In this document: positions 60,601 through 64,000 of the stretch, piece after piece
How the letters are laid out: each line of letters starts with the position of its first letter
Position numbering within the stretch: position 1 is the stretch's first letter
DNA from: Glycera tridactyla
Lineage: Eukaryota
Direction: 5' to 3'
DNA length: 64,000 nucleotides
Assembly (NCBI GenBank): GCA_965644265.1
Contig: OZ286473.1
Location: 50,282,001-50,346,000 of the forward strand
Program-made: the position numbers and the translations under genes
The notes under the pieces: generated by a model
Seen by the model: only the letters and a program-made list of their open reading frames with translations
What the model was told of the DNA's origin: nothing
Databases searched by the model: none

Positions 60601-63600
60601 CCCGGTGACTCTTTTGTTCTTGGCTGTGTTACATAATAGTCTGATCAGTTCCATACACCGATTGCTACCTGGACCTAAGTTCACTTTCTCATCCATACAC
60701 TAGTATGCATGTCGGATTATTTGCTCCCTCAAGCATAGTAGTGGTAGATGGACCTCATTTCACTTTCTCATACAGTAAAACCTGCTCGAGTGATAACCTG
60801 TGCTAGGTGAAATCCTGTCCTAAGCACATACGCCATGGACGCCCATCTGTTTTCATGCTTCCGCCATATCATGGCGGATGGCATATAGTGTTTACCCTGT
60901 CCGTGCGTGTGTGTGTGTGTCAGGATGTCAGTGTGTGTGTGTGTGTGTCCGCTCATTTTCGTGTCCGGCCCATAACTTTGCCATCCATGAGTGGATTTTC
61001 ACAAAACTTGGTACACATGATCATCATATGAAGACGATGTGTCATGATCAAGAACCGTCACGCTTGAGTGATTTCCCGCCAAATGGTGGCTTCTGATCGG
61101 TCAATTTGTGTTCGGCCCATAACTTTGCCATCCATAGCTGGATTTTCATAAAACTTGGTACACATGATCACCATATGAAGAGGATGTGTCATGAGCAAGA
61201 ACCATCATGTTTGAGGGATTTCCTGCTGAATGGTGGCCTCTGATTGGTCAATTGGTGTCCAGCCCATAACTTTGCCATCCATAACTGGATTTTCATAAAA
61301 CTTGGTACACATGATCACATGGGGGGGGGGGGAGCGTAGGGGAAGATTGGGGGATTGGTGGGGTTTGATTCCGGTGGTGGGGATGGGGTAGGGGGAGGGG
61401 CCAGGATGGGTGGGGTAAGGGCTGGGAGTGGGGAGGCGGGTGGTGGAGATGGGTGGGGGGGGGGGGGGTTGTTGAAGGGTGGGGTGGGGTTGGGAAGGTA
61501 GGGCAGAGCTGCATCCAGGCTGCGCCTTGGCGTGATTTACGCGAGAAAACAAATATTGGCGTGATCCCAAGACTATAGTGTGCCAACTGCTACACTTTTA
61601 TCGAAATATCTACGCGATTCAAAAGAGCAAAGCGCGCCACAAACCTGTATTTCATCATGTTTAATCTGATCAAATCTGGCGATAAGTCTCGCGGCAGCAT
61701 AAGCTCAAGGTGCAATGATGACGGCAATTTGTCTTCTCAATTCTGATTGGCTCGTAGACGCGTAACCGGTCGATCTCAGCCAATCAGCGTGCGTGTTTCA
61801 AACGGCTTCAAAGTGCGCAGTTTGCTGAATATCCGTGAGATGGCAAACATTCATCGAATGATATAAAATTTTCGCAGCGCCACCCCGTGTTGTGAGCGGC
61901 GATATTTCGGAACTATTGACGGGTTGGAGAAGGATCACCAAATATTAGCCTAGACATCTTTTTGGCGGGAGAAATGTGTTCTGTGACGATTTTTGCGTCA
62001 TTATAAATTCAGTCTTTCTGTTGGCCCCAATTTTTCAGGATTGGTGCCCTTTTTTCTACAAATGGGGCCAATTGGCCCAAAATTGGCCCCACTTGATGAA
62101 TTCCTGGATGCAGCTCGGTAGGGGCTGGGAATGGGTTGGGTATGGGCCAGGGTTGGGGGTGTCGGGGTTGGTTCGTGGGGGAAGGGTGGGTTGTTGGGGC
62201 ACAACCACACACAGATGTGTCCCCTTTCGATGAGCGGCGTGCATGCGAGCCTTTTGTGCATTTATGCCTTGTGTAGCTTTCAAATTTCAATCGCTGCCTC
62301 AAAATCAGATGTGAGCTGACAAAATTTGTTAGCTTAACTGAATAAAAACCTCTTGTCTTTTCCTAATGATAAATCAATAGTGGCAGCCAAATTCACTGAG
62401 GTGTGTATTTCTCATGCGCAAAATGTAAACTATACCAGTGCATAGATTATCAGAATACATGTATTATTATAAAATCCAATTGAAAGAAATTACCACCCTC
62501 CAAAAAAAGATGACTCTAATTTGTACAGGTTGAATAGGTGAACCTGTTGAATCTTGAGGGTGAGATACTTATGCATTCACTAATCAAGAATCTGAAATCT
62601 AAGCTCACGGTACTCACAGCGTGTTTTGAAGGCAAGCAGCTTTCTGAATAACCATACAGTATCTTTCCTGTAAAATTCTTATTTATCAGTGCTGTCAAAA
62701 GCTGTTTCCTCTTCAGAAAATCATCGTAGAGAATATTAATGTGTTTGTTGGTGGAACCAAAATGGTTTATCACCCCGAGGCCCTGAAATGTTTGTGCAGA
62801 ATATGTATCCTTTATGTGATGTGTCTTATATTTCTTCTGAAAATTTGTATTATTTTGCGTATTTTTGTTCCGTTCCAATTTTCAGTTGGGTAAAAGACCA
62901 TATTGACTTTCACACCTCTGTATGGCACTCTGCGGTGGTTAGTCGGTGTACCACATTGCTTCATTTTGCACCCATCTGACTTGTTCTGCACCAGGTAAAG
63001 GCATGCTTGTACCACACAAATGCTCACACCCCTTTTCCTTTCCTCCCCCCTCCCTCTCTCTCTCTCTTCTCTCTCTCTCCTTCCACCTCCTCCTCCCCTA
63101 TCTTCCTCTCTCCATCTTTCTGTTTGTCTACCTTCTTCTCCATCTTCTACTCCTCCTTCCCCTCCTCCTTCTCCTTCTTCTTCTCGTTCTTCTCCGCCTT
63201 CTTGTTGTTCTTCTTGTTCTTCTTGTTCTTCGCCTCCTCCTCCTACTTTTCTTCTTCTTCTTCTTCTTCTTCTTCTTCTTCTTCTTCTTCTTCTTCTTCT
63301 TCTTCTTCTTCTTCTTCTCTCTCCTCCACCTCTCTTTCTCTCTCCCCCCTCTCTCTCTCAATCACTCCATCAATACTTTGAAACCGAATGAAACCCTGTG
63401 ATGTGTGTTGGATCTATTTTTTGGTATGATTATCTGTTGATGAAATTGTTCTCGCAAGTTTCAGTTTTAATATTGATGTTGTCTGCATGGCTTAGATGTT
63501 GTAATAGTGATCTTCCTTATTCTGATTGTTAAATGCCACACCTGTCCTGCAAATTATCTTTTTAGTGACTACCTAAATGTTATTATATTCTCTGTGTTAC

Positions 63601-63780
63601 ACATGCGGTTTCATTGAGTGGTGCCAGAAAACATCATGATTGAAGATGCTTGACAGAAATGGAATCTTAATTGAATAATTTTGCTGTCATTTTGAGGGTA
63701 ACTATGATAACATGACATTATATGACATGGCTGGCCGGACTTTTTAGATGAGCAGATGGGTGGATATCATGCTCAATTTA

Positions 63781-63957
63781 CAGTAAAACCTGTCTTGAGT
63801 GAAAAGTCACGGGACCGATTTTTTCTTCCACTTGAGACAGGATTTTGCTTAGCGCAGGACAATTATAATGAGAAAAAAACATCCGGGCAGACCGTGGGTT
63901 ATGTGCTTAAGACAGGATTTTGCCTAGCACAGGTTTACACTCAAGCAGGTTTCACTG
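63781..63957. mobile_element. 177-bp MITE, same family as 57509-57685
   Basis: Same TIRs and internal sequence. Confidence 0.88.
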
Positions 63958-64000
63958 TGCTTGATTGTTCTCACAGAGAAGGAATACGAGCAAATATTCT

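Noticed and set aside
62946-63401. Poly-F, poly-S, poly-L, poly-K ORFs, and similar poly-N, poly-I, poly-Y or HT-repeat ORFs at 56.0-56.6 kb and 2.2-2.5 kb
   Set aside because: Translations of microsatellites.

Overview
AT-leaning, repeat-rich animal genomic DNA with spliceosomal genes, probably from a lophotrochozoan invertebrate (inferred from the repeat types and the Pumilio N-terminus), with six N-runs. Host genes: (1) the 5' end of a Pumilio gene on the minus strand (CpG-rich promoter near 29.4-29.5 kb, non-coding exon 1, two coding exons, then apparently an intron of 28 kb or more running off the left edge); (2) the first two coding exons of a PMP22/claudin-like membrane protein on the plus strand (52.1-53.9 kb). 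The main accessory feature is a tyrosine-recombinase (DIRS/Ngaro-type) retrotransposon at about 44.3-51.0 kb with gag, a frameshifted RT-RNaseH and an intact tyrosine recombinase. Its SGNH hydrolase ORF sits upstream of gag, not after the recombinase. Gag has no genomic ATG, but splicing out a 2,068-nt GT-AG intron containing the hydrolase ORF would create ACC-A|TG-CCT-CCA-AAA. Two arrays of a CATGAG-N3-5-CTCAGG palindromic motif flank the gag-pol-YR block. The rest consists of TA-flanked Tc1/pogo-type MITEs, CAG-terminated MITEs with 5-bp and 6-bp target-site duplications, LINE and SINE fragments, Helentron-associated-like repeats, a near-perfect 1,330-bp tandem duplication and microsatellites. 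All calls come from reading the sequence; no searches or alignments were run.
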